From an uncultured delta proteobacterium (GTDB taxonomy: Bacteria; Myxococcota; Kuafuiibacteriia; Kuafuiibacteriales; Kuafuiibacteriaceae): a stretch of DNA of 64,000 nucleotides. Made by a program: the position numbers and the translations under genes. Within the stretch, counting starts at the first letter, position 1. The number at the start of each line of letters is the position of its first letter. The DNA lies in NCBI GenBank assembly GCA_963803435.1, contig CAWDML010000001.1:2784001-2848000 (forward strand), given 5' to 3'. Below are positions 1-9,603 of this stretch, one piece after another. The notes under the pieces were generated by a model. The model worked only from the letters and a program-made list of their open reading frames with translations. It made no database searches and had not been told where the DNA came from.

Positions 1-678
1 GACCTCGCCCAGGTCGAGCGGCTCGACACAGCGCGGCTGGACCGCCCGGGCCTCCACCGTCAGCCCCGACAGATCGATCGGCTCCGGCTTGTCGGCCTTC
101 TCCTCGGCCGGCGGGGGCGCCTCCTCGGCGGGCGGCTTCTCGGGGAACAGGAGGTCGAGGACCTGGTCGAGCGTCGACGGGATCTGCGGCACCTGATCGG
201 ACCACCGCGACAGGTTGATGTCGGGAAAGTTGGCGATGTCGGCGATGACCTCGCCGTAGTCGTTCAGGTAGAGCCCCTGAAAGCTCAGGCCCAGCGGCAT
301 CCGGATCGGCGGCTCGATCGTCCCCCGGGTCTTCTTGCGGAGGACGCGCGCCGTGTCGACCTCGAGCTCGATCACCGCGGCGTGGCCGGCGGTCAGGTCG
401 AGGGACACCGGACCGACCGAGAGCTTCTGCTTTGGGAGCGGGATCGCCACGCGCACCTTGCCGGAGTCGGCCTGCCGGATCAGCTCGCGCAGCGCCAGCT
501 GCCGGACGGGCTCCATCTCCAGGCTGTCCGCGAGATCGGGCGCGGCAATCTTCGGCGCCACCAGGTCGCGGCTCCCCTCGCCGCTCGAGCCTCGACTCAC
601 CAGCGGCTCCAGCGGCACCTCAATCAGGCCGGCGCGGAAGCTGAGCTCCGCGTTCCGTAGGATGGGGACCAGCGTCAT
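1..678 (-). CDS. Hypothetical protein, partial (runs off the window's left edge)
   Basis: ATG at 678 overlaps the TGA of the upstream lyase gene (ATGA). The frame MTLVPILRNAELSFRAGL... stays open to position 1 with high GC at third codon positions. Not in the ORF track because it has no stop in the window. Confidence 0.75.
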   Translation of the reverse strand, partial: MTLVPILRNAELSFRAGLIEVPLEPLVSRGSSGEGSRDLVAPKIAAPDLADSLEMEPVRQLALRELIRQADSGKVRVAIPLPKQKLSVGPVSLDLTAGHAAVIELEVDTARVLRKKTRGTIEPPIRMPLGLSFQGLYLNDYGEVIADIANFPDINLSRWSDQVPQIPSTLDQVLDLLFPEKPPAEEAPPPAEEKADKPEPIDLSGLTVEARAVQPRCVEPLDLGEV

Positions 679-1823
679 GCGCGATCGAGGGCCGCGGTGA
701 GGTCGGCACGGAGATCATCGATGTGCTCGATGCCGACCGAGAGGCGGATCAGGCCGTCGTCGATACCGCGAGCCTCTCTCATCTCCTTCGGCACCGACGC
801 GTGCGTCATGATCGCCGGATGCTCGATCAGCGACTCCACGCCGCCCAGCGACTCGGCGAGCGTGAAGACCTCCATCCCCTGGAGCAGCCGCCTCGAGGCC
901 TCGAGGCCGCCGGCGACCACGAACGTGATCATGCCGCCGGGCTTCTTCATCTGCCGCTGGGCCAGCTCGTACTGGGGATGATCGCGCAGGCCCGGGTAGA
1001 ACACCTTCTTCACCTTCGGGTGGCCCTGCAACAGCTCCGCGATCGCCATCGCGTTCTCGGTGTGGCGATCCATGCGCACGCACAGCGTCTTGATCCCGCG
1101 CAGCGTGAGGTACGAGTCCATCGGCCCGGGGACTCCGCCGGCCGAGTTCTGGACGAACTTGATCCGCTCGTACCATCCCTGGTCGGAGGTCGCGATGGCG
1201 CCGCCGATGACGTCCGAGTGACCGCCCAGATACTTGGTCACCGAGTGGACGACGATCGTCGCGCCCAGATCGAGCGGCCGCTGGAGATACGGCGTGGCGA
1301 AGGTATTGTCGACCACCACCGGGATGCCGCGCTTCTTGGCCATCGCCGAGACCTTCTCGATGTCGACGATCGCGAGCAGCGGGTTGGTCGGCGACTCCAA
1401 CCAGATGAGCCGGGTCTCGGGTCGGATCGCGGCCTCGTAGGCGCTGACGTCGGCGGCGGGCACGTAGCTGAACTCGAGGCCGTGGCGGCGATAAACCTTG
1501 TCGAAGAGCCGGAACGTCCCCCCGTACACGTCGTCGCACGAGACCACGTGCGCGCCGACGTCCAGGCAGTGAAGGATGCCGTCGGCGGCCGCGCAGCCCG
1601 AGGAGAAGCACGCCGCGAAACGCGCGCCCTCGAGCGCCGCGAGGTTCACCTCCAGCGCGTCGCGCGTCGGGTTGCGACCGCGCGCATAGACGTAGCCCGT
1701 GTGCTCGCCGGGGCCCTTCTGCGCGTAGGTCGACGTGAAGAAGACGGGTGGATTGACGGCCCCGGTGATCTTCTCGGGATCGCATCCGGCGTGGATGACC
1801 TGCGTTTCCTGCCTCTGCTTCAC
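675..1823 (-). CDS. Cystathionine gamma-lyase/gamma-synthase family PLP enzyme
   Basis: Motifs TQVIHAG, YARGRNPTR, DDVYGGT, WLESPTNP, VVDNTFATP, HSVTKYLGGHSD (PLP lysine), LAESLGGVESL, LIRLSVGIE. Start taken at GTG 1823, giving the typical ~382 aa. Confidence 0.93.
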   Translation of the reverse strand: MKQRQETQVIHAGCDPEKITGAVNPPVFFTSTYAQKGPGEHTGYVYARGRNPTRDALEVNLAALEGARFAACFSSGCAAADGILHCLDVGAHVVSCDDVYGGTFRLFDKVYRRHGLEFSYVPAADVSAYEAAIRPETRLIWLESPTNPLLAIVDIEKVSAMAKKRGIPVVVDNTFATPYLQRPLDLGATIVVHSVTKYLGGHSDVIGGAIATSDQGWYERIKFVQNSAGGVPGPMDSYLTLRGIKTLCVRMDRHTENAMAIAELLQGHPKVKKVFYPGLRDHPQYELAQRQMKKPGGMITFVVAGGLEASRRLLQGMEVFTLAESLGGVESLIEHPAIMTHASVPKEMREARGIDDGLIRLSVGIEHIDDLRADLTAALDRA

Positions 1824-1878
1824 CAGCGAGAAGGAGCCTCGCGTTGCATGCGCGGTCAAGGCCGAATACAACTCGGTC

Positions 1879-3109
1879 GTGCTGCCGTTCGCGCTCGCGA
1901 TCCTCTTCGCACAGACCGGCACCTTCACCCCGGCGGGCGGCGTCCGAGTGAGCTGCCTCGAGAACCTGCGGGGGAAGGTCGGGAGGGCGCGGGTCGAGGT
2001 CGTGGTCGGCGCGGGCGCGCTCGACGAGGGTGAGAACGAGCGCGGGGTGGCGCATTTGCTCGAGCACATGCTGCTGAGGCCGCTCGACTTCGACGACAGC
2101 AACGGAACCACCGCCTGGGACTACACGTCCTTCTATCGAGACGTGACCGGCGGCGAGCTCCAGGAGGCCACCTCGACCCTGCTCCGCGCCCTCCGCGTCG
2201 AGCACTTCGATCCGCAGGCGCTCGAGGTGGAGAAGCGGATCGTGCTTCGCGAGCTGGACGTCCGCGACGTCTCGGTGGCGCCCTCCGTCGAATCCGATCT
2301 TCGGCGACACGCTCCTGGCCCGCCTCCCTGGCGGCGACGCCAACTCGGTCCGCGCGCTCACCGCAGCCGACGCCGAGGGCTTCCACGCGCGCGCCTACCG
2401 CAAGGGCAACGTCGCGGTGGTGCTGCGCGGCGCCGTCGAGTGCGAGCCCCTGATCGCCGCGTTGATGCCGGAGCTCGACGCCTTCCCCTCAGGGCCCGCC
2501 GTCTCCACGCCGCACCTCTCGGAGCTGGAGCCGGGCCCGCGCGCACTCTCGGCGGGCGGCGGCACCTTCTTCCAGGGCTTCTATTGGTACGACGCCTCGC
2601 CGAAGGACGAGATCGTGTGGCGTCTCGTCGCACACCACCTCGAGGAGCGCGCGCTCGCGGTCCTGCGAAAGGAGCGCGGGCTCACCTACTCACCCACGGG
2701 CTCTTTCACGCGGCGCGGATATGGCGGCCAGATCCAGCTGTCGGTGCGAACCGACGGCTCGGTGAGCGAAGTGACCGATTGGTACCGGGCCGAGCTGACG
2801 TCGCTCCTCGCCGACCCGCACCCGAAGACCACCATGGCCGCCGCCGTCCGCGAGGTCCGCAAGTCGCTCGAGGCGGACAACGTTCGCGACGGGCTCGCCG
2901 CGCTGCGCAGCGAGACGGCGCCCGTCGAGCTGCTCGATGGGATCAACGACGTCGATCTGCAGGCCAGCCTGCAGAGTCTTCTGGTCGCGCGCAGGCAGTT
3001 CGGAACCACCACCCCCGAGTCGAACATCGCCAGCCTGATCGTGCTCGGCCTCTTCGGGGCGATCGTGCTCGCCGTCCTGGCCGTGGCGATCAAGAAACTG
3101 TTTGCCTGA
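1879..3109 (+). CDS. M16 (insulinase) family zinc peptidase with C-terminal membrane anchor; one frameshift near 2290
   Basis: GVAHLLEH (HXXEH), NGTTAWDYTSF and EKRIVLRE in the first frame. Continues in another frame as IFGDTLLARLPGG...FHARAYRKGNVAVVLRG and LRKERGLTYS, ending in hydrophobic LIVLGLFGAIVLAVLAVAIKK. Confidence 0.8.
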
Positions 3110-3141
3110 CAAGGGGATCGTGGCTTGCACATCGCGTCTAC

Positions 3142-3648
3142 ATGGACGCTCCGCTTCGGCGCCGCCTCAAGGAAGGGATCAGCCTGGGGATCGTCGCGGG
3201 CATCGTTTTCGTGCTCGCCCAGATGATCATCACCTCGATGACCGGGGAGCTGGGGTTGATGCCGCTCCGGCTCTTCGCCAGCGTACTGATGGGTGAAGCC
3301 GCCCTCACCACCACGGCGCTGGGACCGACGGTGCTCGCGGGGATCGTGCTCCACTTCCTCTTCTCGATCATGCTGGGCGTGCTCTACGGGTGGCTCGACG
3401 AGCGCCTCCCGCTGGAGATCCGGATCAGTCGAAGCTGGCAATCTCTCCTCGGCGTGGTCTTCGGCTTCCTGCTCTGGTTCGTCGACTTCCAGCTGATCGC
3501 GCGGCTCGCCTTCCCCTGGTTCCTGCTGGCGCCTCAGGGGCTCGAGATGCTGATGCACGTGCTCTTCTTCGGTCTGCCCCTCGGGCTCATGTTCTCCAGC
3601 TACGCGCGGCGCGCGCTTCGGATGGATCGGTACGCCATGATCGCGTAG
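3142..3648 (+). CDS. Small multi-pass (about 4 TM) membrane protein
   Basis: MDAPLRRRLKEGISLGIVAG... has four hydrophobic segments with intramembrane His residues (VLHF, LMHV). It is the 3' part of the artefactually fused ORF 1735..3648. Confidence 0.75.
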   Translation: MDAPLRRRLKEGISLGIVAGIVFVLAQMIITSMTGELGLMPLRLFASVLMGEAALTTTALGPTVLAGIVLHFLFSIMLGVLYGWLDERLPLEIRISRSWQSLLGVVFGFLLWFVDFQLIARLAFPWFLLAPQGLEMLMHVLFFGLPLGLMFSSYARRALRMDRYAMIA

Positions 3649-3713
3649 CCTGGCTCTTCGAGACCGTCGGCGCCCGTTGAACGATCGGGCTCCCACGGGC
3701 GTTCCTGGTCCCG

Positions 3714-4266
3714 ATGCAGGAGCCGAGCGACGAGGCGCTGGTCCTCCGGCTGCGATCCGGGGATCTGACGGCGTTCGACGTGCTCTACACCCGCTATGCC
3801 GGTCGTCTTTTCTCCTACCTCCTCCACTTCACCGATGACCGGGCCCGCGCCGAGGACCTCCTCCAGGAGGTCTTCCTCACCGCCCTGAAGCGCGACGCGC
3901 TGGAGCTCCGGGCCCACCAGTTCGGGGGCTGGCTCTTCACGGTGGCCAAGAACCGCGCGCTCTCGGAGCGGCGGCGGGAGGTACGGCGCGAGAAGACGCC
4001 GGTCCTCGAATCCCGTCCCGCCGCCCGCCACCCCGGAGGCGGAGGCCGAGAAGCGGGAGTCGATCTCGCTGCTCACCGAGGCGATCGCCGCGCTCTCCGA
4101 GCCGCACCGCGACGCGCTGGTGCTCAAGGAGGTCGCCGGTCTGACGTACCGCCAGATCGCCTCGGTACAGAACGTCCCCGAGGGGACCGCCAAGTCGCGG
4201 CTTCATCACGCGATCCAATCCGTGCGCCGGTTCTTCGCCGAGCGCACGGGAGACCTGGAGGACTGA
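3714..4266 (+). CDS. ECF RNA polymerase sigma factor; one frameshift near 4030
   Basis: Region 2: DEALV..GDLTAFDVLY..AEDLLQEVF..FGGWLFTVAKN. Region 4 in the shifted frame: LSEPHRDALVLKEVAGLTYRQIA..VPEGTAKSRLHHA, stop at 4266. Confidence 0.9.
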
Positions 4267-4268
4267 AC

Positions 4269-4700
4269 ATGACGACGACGTGTGAACGATGTCGCGAGCG
4301 CCTGATCGATCATCACTACGGAGAGCTCGTCCTCGACGAGACCCGGGAGGTCGCCGCACACCTCTCCGACTGTTCCGGATGCGCGCTCGAGTACTGCCGT
4401 CTCTCCGCGGCGCTGGCAGGCTTTCGCGCGCTCGATCGGGACCTGCCGCGACCCGAGGTCCAACGCACGCTCCGCGAGAAGGTGGCCGCCGAGCTCCAGC
4501 CTACGTGGTGGCGCCGCGCCTCCCGACTGCTCTCGCTGCCCGTGCCGGTCTACCAGCCGGCGCTGGTACTGCTCCTGCTCCTCTTCATCTGGACGCTGAT
4601 GACGAGCCTGACGCCGAAGGCGGCCTCAGGCGAGCTCCGCACCGTCCTCGAACGATTCGACGGCGCGAGTGTCGACATGATCGACCAGCACGTCCTGTGA
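4269..4700 (+). CDS. Zinc-binding (ZAS, zf-HC2) anti-sigma factor with one TM helix
   Basis: Lies immediately after the ECF gene. Contains CERCRE and HLSDCSGC (HxxxCxxC), and TM segment ALVLLLLLFIWTLM. Confidence 0.88.
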   Translation: MTTTCERCRERLIDHHYGELVLDETREVAAHLSDCSGCALEYCRLSAALAGFRALDRDLPRPEVQRTLREKVAAELQPTWWRRASRLLSLPVPVYQPALVLLLLLFIWTLMTSLTPKAASGELRTVLERFDGASVDMIDQHVL

Positions 4701-4708
4701 GGTGACCG

Positions 4709-5866
4709 ATGATTCGCTCTGTTGTGCTGACCTTGACGATCCTGACCGCTGCCCCCGCGCACGCGGCCGAGAAGCCGGTCCCCAACGCCCGCGCCATCTT
4801 CGACCAGGTGAGCGCGCTGATCCGCGACAACTACGTCGACGAGGATGTGGGCGAGGATCAGCTCTGGACCTACGCGCTCGACGGCCTGGTCGATCACCTG
4901 TTGAAGACGGGCGACGAGCCGATCAACGATCTGCTCGATCCCGACGCGCTGGCCGCGCTCCAGGAGGGCGTGAAGGGCACGGTCACCGGCGTGGGCGTCG
5001 CCATCGAGGCCGTCGAGGACCTGAAGGTGGTCCGCGAGGTGCTCCCCGGCGGCCCGGCCGCCAAGACGCGGATCCAGCCCGGGGACCGCATCCTCGCCAT
5101 CGACGGCCAAGACGTCGCCGCGTTCCCGCTGGAGAGGGTGGTCCCGATGATCCGGGGCAAGGACGGCACCTCCGTCGAGCTCCTGATGCAGCGCGGGACC
5201 GAGGAGTGGACCGAGACCATCACGCGCGGACAGGTCCAGGTGGAGAGCGTGCAAGGCGTCCTGCACGAGGGCGTCGCCTACATCCGCATCGCCGGGTTCA
5301 GCCAGGACACGCCCAAGCGACTCGACGCGGTGCTCGCCGCCATGAAGAAGGGCAACGCCAAGGCGCTGGTCCTCGATCTCCGCGGCTCTCCCGGCGGCCT
5401 GTTCGACGCGGCGCTCGAGGTCGCGGATCGATTCCTCCCGAGCGGCGAGACAATCGTGTCCCTGAGGCGTCGCGACGGACGTGACGAGCTCCACCGGGCC
5501 AAGACCGCCTCGGCGATCCGCATGCCGATCGCGGTGCTCGTGGGTCACCACACCGCGTCGAGCGCCGAGATCCTGGCGGCCGCGCTCCGCGAGAACGGCC
5601 ACGCGACGCTGATCGGCGAGACCACGTTCGGCAAGGGGACCGTCGAGCGGATCTTCGAGCTCGATAACGGCTATGCGCTGCGGCTGACGATCGCCCGCTT
5701 CTACTCGCCGAACGGCAACAACTGGCAAGGGAAGGGCATCGAGCCCGACTTCGTGATCCCATCTCCCGAGAAGGAGAAGTGGCACGCCCATTCGACGCCG
5801 CTCCAGCTGGACTTCTCGGCCGATCCACAGCTCAAGGCCGCCTTCGCCCTCCTCCGGTTGAAGTAA
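4709..5866 (+). CDS. S41 carboxy-terminal processing protease (CtpA/Prc family)
   Basis: Signal peptide, PDZ domain (GVGVAI..PGGPAAK..IQPGDRILAIDG), LVLDLRGSPGG, TASSAEI (catalytic Ser), TFGKG (Lys), LTIARFYSPNG. Confidence 0.93.
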   Translation: MIRSVVLTLTILTAAPAHAAEKPVPNARAIFDQVSALIRDNYVDEDVGEDQLWTYALDGLVDHLLKTGDEPINDLLDPDALAALQEGVKGTVTGVGVAIEAVEDLKVVREVLPGGPAAKTRIQPGDRILAIDGQDVAAFPLERVVPMIRGKDGTSVELLMQRGTEEWTETITRGQVQVESVQGVLHEGVAYIRIAGFSQDTPKRLDAVLAAMKKGNAKALVLDLRGSPGGLFDAALEVADRFLPSGETIVSLRRRDGRDELHRAKTASAIRMPIAVLVGHHTASSAEILAAALRENGHATLIGETTFGKGTVERIFELDNGYALRLTIARFYSPNGNNWQGKGIEPDFVIPSPEKEKWHAHSTPLQLDFSADPQLKAAFALLRLK

Positions 5867-5877
5867 GAGCTGGTCTC

Positions 5878-6223
5878 TCACTTCTGGAGATCGACGGTCG
5901 CCTGCTTGCCCTCGGCGCGGAGCATCGCCTCGAGCCGCTTCAGCATCTCCTCCGACGCGTCGACGAAGCGGAGCGCGGCTCCGATGGGGTTCACGACACG
6001 AACGACCTCGGAGCGGAGGGAGAGCGGCTCGGAGTGACGGTCGCGCGGCTGGATCTCGAGCTCCACCTCTTCGCCGACGGCGAGCCGCATCGAGGTGTTG
6101 ACGAAGATTCCGCCCAAGCTCATGTCGCGCACGTAGCCCTGGACAGGCTCGAGCATCATCATCGTCACCCGCAGGCTGACCTGCCGCCGTGGGTGGACCC
6201 TGCGAATCGGCCTCGTCGGCCAC
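5878..6223 (-). CDS. Single-domain PilZ protein (start uncertain, probable indel near 6205)
   Basis: RRVHPRR (RxxxR) and RDMSLGG (DxSxxG) motifs, plus GAALRF. The likely start GTG 6223 (MADEAD) is out of frame with the domain. Confidence 0.8.
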
Positions 6224-6244
6224 CCGCCTATTCTGACACAAGCC

Positions 6245-8680
6245 TCAGGCCAAGGTCGCGATCGTGACCCCGTCGCCCCCCTCACCGGGCTCTCCAGGCC
6301 GGATGGACTTGACGTAGCCCGAGCGCGCCAGATGTTCGCGAATACCGTCTCTGAGGGCTCCTGTGCCCATCCCGTGGATGATGAGGACGTGGGTGGTCGG
6401 GCGCCCGTAGTGGTGGTCGAGGAAGGCCTCCAGCCAATCGATGCACTCGTCGACCGTCTGCCCCCGGACGTCAATCTCCTCGGTGATCCGGGTCGGCGCC
6501 TGGGTCTGTGACTCCCGGACGGCCTTTCGGATCTCGCGGGGATCGGGGCGCGCCGTCTTCTTGGGTCGCTGCGACTTGGCCGGGAGCACATCCGTGCGCG
6601 CGACCCGCATCCGCATGTTGCCGACCACCACATGGACATCCTTGCCGTCGATCGCCACCACGTCGCCGTCCCGTCCCAGGCGGGCGAGATGAACCCAGTC
6701 TCCGACGGCGAGCTCCTCGACTGGCTTGTCGCTGGTCTTGAGCCGGGCCTCCTCGTTCTTGCTCTGCTCGGACTTCTCCAGCTCCGCCAGCCGCTCGGAG
6801 GACGCGTTGGCCGCGCGCATCATCTCCTTGGCCGCATCGCCCTGCTCGCGGATGCCGGCGATCAGCGCGCGCGCTTCCTCTCGTGCGCTCGCGATCTCGT
6901 GGAGGAGCTCCTCCCGCGCCTTGGTCTTGAGCTCCTTGAGCTCCAGGGCCAACTCCTCACGCTTGCGCGACAGCTCCAGGCGCTCGGACTCCGCCGTCCG
7001 CTCCGCACGCTCGGCCCGATCGCGCGCCTCTTCCAGCTCGGCGGCGCGGTGCTCCAGCTCCCGCATCACCTTCTCGAGCTCGCCGGCGCCCCGCCCCAGG
7101 ATCGCCCGCGCACGCTCGACGATGTCGGCGTCCAGCCCGAGCGACTGCGCGATGTCGAAGCCGCTCGATCCCTGCGGCACGTCGAGCGTCACCCGGTAGG
7201 TCGGCTTGAGCGCCTTCGTATCGAACCCGACGCCGGCGTTGCGAAAGCGATGATCGACGAACGGCACCGCCTTCAGCCGCTCGAAGTGCGTGGTCACGAC
7301 CGCGTGGCCCTTGGACTCGGCCACGCGCTCGAGGATCGCCTGGGCCAACGCCGCGCCCTGCGTGGGATCGGTATCGGCCGCGATCTCGTCGATCAGCACC
7401 AGCGTGCTGGCGTCGGCCTTCTTCAGGATCCGCACCATCGCCTTCACGTGCGCGGCGAACGTGGAGAGGTTGGAGGCGATCGACTGCTCGTCGCCGATCG
7501 CGACCTCGATCGCTCGATACCAGCCGATCCGCGAGTGTTCCGCGCAGGGCACATGGAGCCCGCAGCGCACCATCAGGGCGATCAGGCCGATCGTCTTCAT
7601 CGCGACCGTCTTGCCGCCGGTGTTGGGCCCGGTCAGCACCAGCACCTGGCGTCCTTCGCCGAGACCGAGATCGTTCGGCACCATCCGCACTTCGCGCTGC
7701 TTCTGCGTGGAGATCTTCTCGACGCCGTCCTCCTCGGTCACGAAGGCCTGGAGCAGCAGCAAAGGATGCCGCGCACGGATCAGCTCGAACCCCGGGACCT
7801 CGTCCGGCACCAGCGGCACCATCTCGAGGTCGACCGCGAGCCGAGCCGCACCGGAGAGGAAGTCGCAGCGACCGATGACGTCCATCATTCGGCGGATCAT
7901 GTCCGCCTCGCGCACTACCATCTGCGTGAGCACGGAGAGGATGCGATGCTCCTCCTCGAGCTGCGCGCTCTGCGCGATCTTCAGCCGGTTGCCGAGATCG
8001 ACGAGGGCCTGAGGCTCGATATAGACCGTCTGGCCGGAGCCCGAGGCGTCGTGCACGATCCCGTCGACCTCGTTCTTGAACGACGCCTTCACCGGGAGCA
8101 CATAGCGATCGGCCCGCACCGTGAAGTAGCTCTCCTGCAGGAGAGATTGCATCTTCTCGGAGTGGAGCAGCTCCGACAGCTTCTCGTGGATCTTCTCGCG
8201 CAGCGTCCGGACCCGCTGGCGCAGCGGCCCTAGATCCTGCGAAGCGTGGTCGGCCAGCGTCCCGTCCGGATCGAAGCACTGGAGCACCTCGTTCGCGACC
8301 CTGGACAGGTCGGTGAGACCAGCGGCCAGCCCGTAGAGTGCCGGCGCGTCGTGCTCGTGTGCGAGCAGGTGCTTGCGGAGCGCAGAGCCCGCGGTCATCG
8401 TCTGGGCGATGGCCCGGAGCGCCGGGCTCTCGAGCATGATGCCCTTCTCGCCGAGCTCCAGCGCCTTCTCGACGTCTTGTGCGCCCCAAACCGGCGGCGG
8501 CTCACCTTTTTCGAGTAGGATGCGAGCCTGACGGATGGCTTCGATGCGCTCCTTGGCAGTACCGATCTCGGGCAGCGGTCCGAGCGCGTCGACGACGAGG
8601 CCCCCGAGAGAGGTCCGAACGCGTACGCTCAGCGCTTTCTTGATGGCCGAAAGCTCGAGACGGTCGATGGCCTGCTCCAT
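6245..8680 (-). CDS. mutS2: Endonuclease MutS2
   Basis: GIVHDASGSGQTVYIEP, Walker A TGPNTGGKT, IGDEQSIASNLSTF, LIDEIAADTDP, VVTTHF, coiled coil, C-terminal Smr domain (IDVRG..IIHGMGTGALR). GAAGGAG RBS before ATG 8680. Confidence 0.96.
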   Translation of the reverse strand: MEQAIDRLELSAIKKALSVRVRTSLGGLVVDALGPLPEIGTAKERIEAIRQARILLEKGEPPPVWGAQDVEKALELGEKGIMLESPALRAIAQTMTAGSALRKHLLAHEHDAPALYGLAAGLTDLSRVANEVLQCFDPDGTLADHASQDLGPLRQRVRTLREKIHEKLSELLHSEKMQSLLQESYFTVRADRYVLPVKASFKNEVDGIVHDASGSGQTVYIEPQALVDLGNRLKIAQSAQLEEEHRILSVLTQMVVREADMIRRMMDVIGRCDFLSGAARLAVDLEMVPLVPDEVPGFELIRARHPLLLLQAFVTEEDGVEKISTQKQREVRMVPNDLGLGEGRQVLVLTGPNTGGKTVAMKTIGLIALMVRCGLHVPCAEHSRIGWYRAIEVAIGDEQSIASNLSTFAAHVKAMVRILKKADASTLVLIDEIAADTDPTQGAALAQAILERVAESKGHAVVTTHFERLKAVPFVDHRFRNAGVGFDTKALKPTYRVTLDVPQGSSGFDIAQSLGLDADIVERARAILGRGAGELEKVMRELEHRAAELEEARDRAERAERTAESERLELSRKREELALELKELKTKAREELLHEIASAREEARALIAGIREQGDAAKEMMRAANASSERLAELEKSEQSKNEEARLKTSDKPVEELAVGDWVHLARLGRDGDVVAIDGKDVHVVVGNMRMRVARTDVLPAKSQRPKKTARPDPREIRKAVRESQTQAPTRITEEIDVRGQTVDECIDWLEAFLDHHYGRPTTHVLIIHGMGTGALRDGIREHLARSGYVKSIRPGEPGEGGDGVTIATLA

Positions 8681-9563
8681 CTCTCCTTCGTCTACTCCGA
8701 TCGCCCTCGTGCTCGCCACGGTGCTGTGGAGCTGCGCCGGCGAACCGCCCCGGGCACCGCCGCCCCCGCCGCCGCCGCCCGTCCAGATCCCGCCCCCGGA
8801 CTCGCCCGAGACGCCGAAGGCGCAGGTCGAGGACCCGTGCCTGGTATACCCGACGCGGTGGGCGAAGATCAGCGTGCAGGGCACGCGCAACGCAGCGGCC
8901 GCGCAGGCCGAGCTCGATCGGGGCCTGGAGCTGGCCAAGATGGGCGATCACGTGGGCGCGCTGGAGGCGTTCGACCGGGCGCTCGCGGCTGATCCGTACC
9001 ACGCGCTCACCCACCTCGCGACAGCCGAAAGCCACCTGTTCACCGACAACGACACGGCCGTCATGCGGAGCCACCTGGCGACGGCTGTGCTCCTGCTCCC
9101 CGAGAACCCACGCGCCCATTCGAAGCTCGCCGACTTCCTGGCCGAGATCGGCGAGTCGGAGACGGCGCTGACCCATTGGCGGTGCGCGCTCGCGCTCAAG
9201 CCCTCCTACTCCGAGGCGCGCCTGCACCTCGCTCGCCATCTCCTGGCGCTCCACCGTCCGGCCGAGGCCGAGGAGGAGCTCCGCACGATCGAAGCCGGCC
9301 TGACCGATGTCACCGTTCTGGCGCTGCTCGGCGACGCGCTTGCCGCGCAAGGCAAGTTGCTCGAGGGCGCGCAGGCCGTCGAGGAGGCTGCGAAGCGCGC
9401 CGGTGCCTCGGCGGCGTTGCTCCGGAAGGCCGGCGACATGTACGAAGCAGCCAACAGCCCGCTTTCGGCGAGGCGCGTGCGGGCGAAGGCCGACCGGATC
9501 GATCCGCCCCCCACGGAACGTAAGATGCGCCCCCTCAAACGGAGGGTGCGGCAGAAGAAATAG
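8667..9563 (+). CDS. TPR-repeat putative lipoprotein
   Basis: Hydrophobic leader ending LWSC, proline-rich linker, several TPR-like repeats (ALEAFDRALAADP, ALALKPSYSEARLHLA). Start may instead be GTG 8709. Confidence 0.75.
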   Translation: MACSISPSSTPIALVLATVLWSCAGEPPRAPPPPPPPPVQIPPPDSPETPKAQVEDPCLVYPTRWAKISVQGTRNAAAAQAELDRGLELAKMGDHVGALEAFDRALAADPYHALTHLATAESHLFTDNDTAVMRSHLATAVLLLPENPRAHSKLADFLAEIGESETALTHWRCALALKPSYSEARLHLARHLLALHRPAEAEEELRTIEAGLTDVTVLALLGDALAAQGKLLEGAQAVEEAAKRAGASAALLRKAGDMYEAANSPLSARRVRAKADRIDPPPTERKMRPLKRRVRQKK

Positions 9564-9603
9564 GCTTTGGACGGGATCTTCGGGACCTCGTACTATCCGA
9601 TCC

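Noticed and set aside
1735-3648. Apparent 637-aa peptidase-membrane protein fusion in the ORF track
   Set aside because: The middle is out-of-frame, R-rich sequence. An indel near 2290 joins the M16 N-terminus to a separate gene starting at 3142.
3714-4700. Apparent sigma/anti-sigma fusion
   Set aside because: Sigma region 4 is in another frame and ends at TGA 4266; the anti-sigma has its own ATG at 4269.
6245-8938. N-terminally extended 897-aa MutS2
   Set aside because: The extension is the antisense of the TPR gene's proline linker. A good RBS and ATG at 8680 give a normal-length protein.
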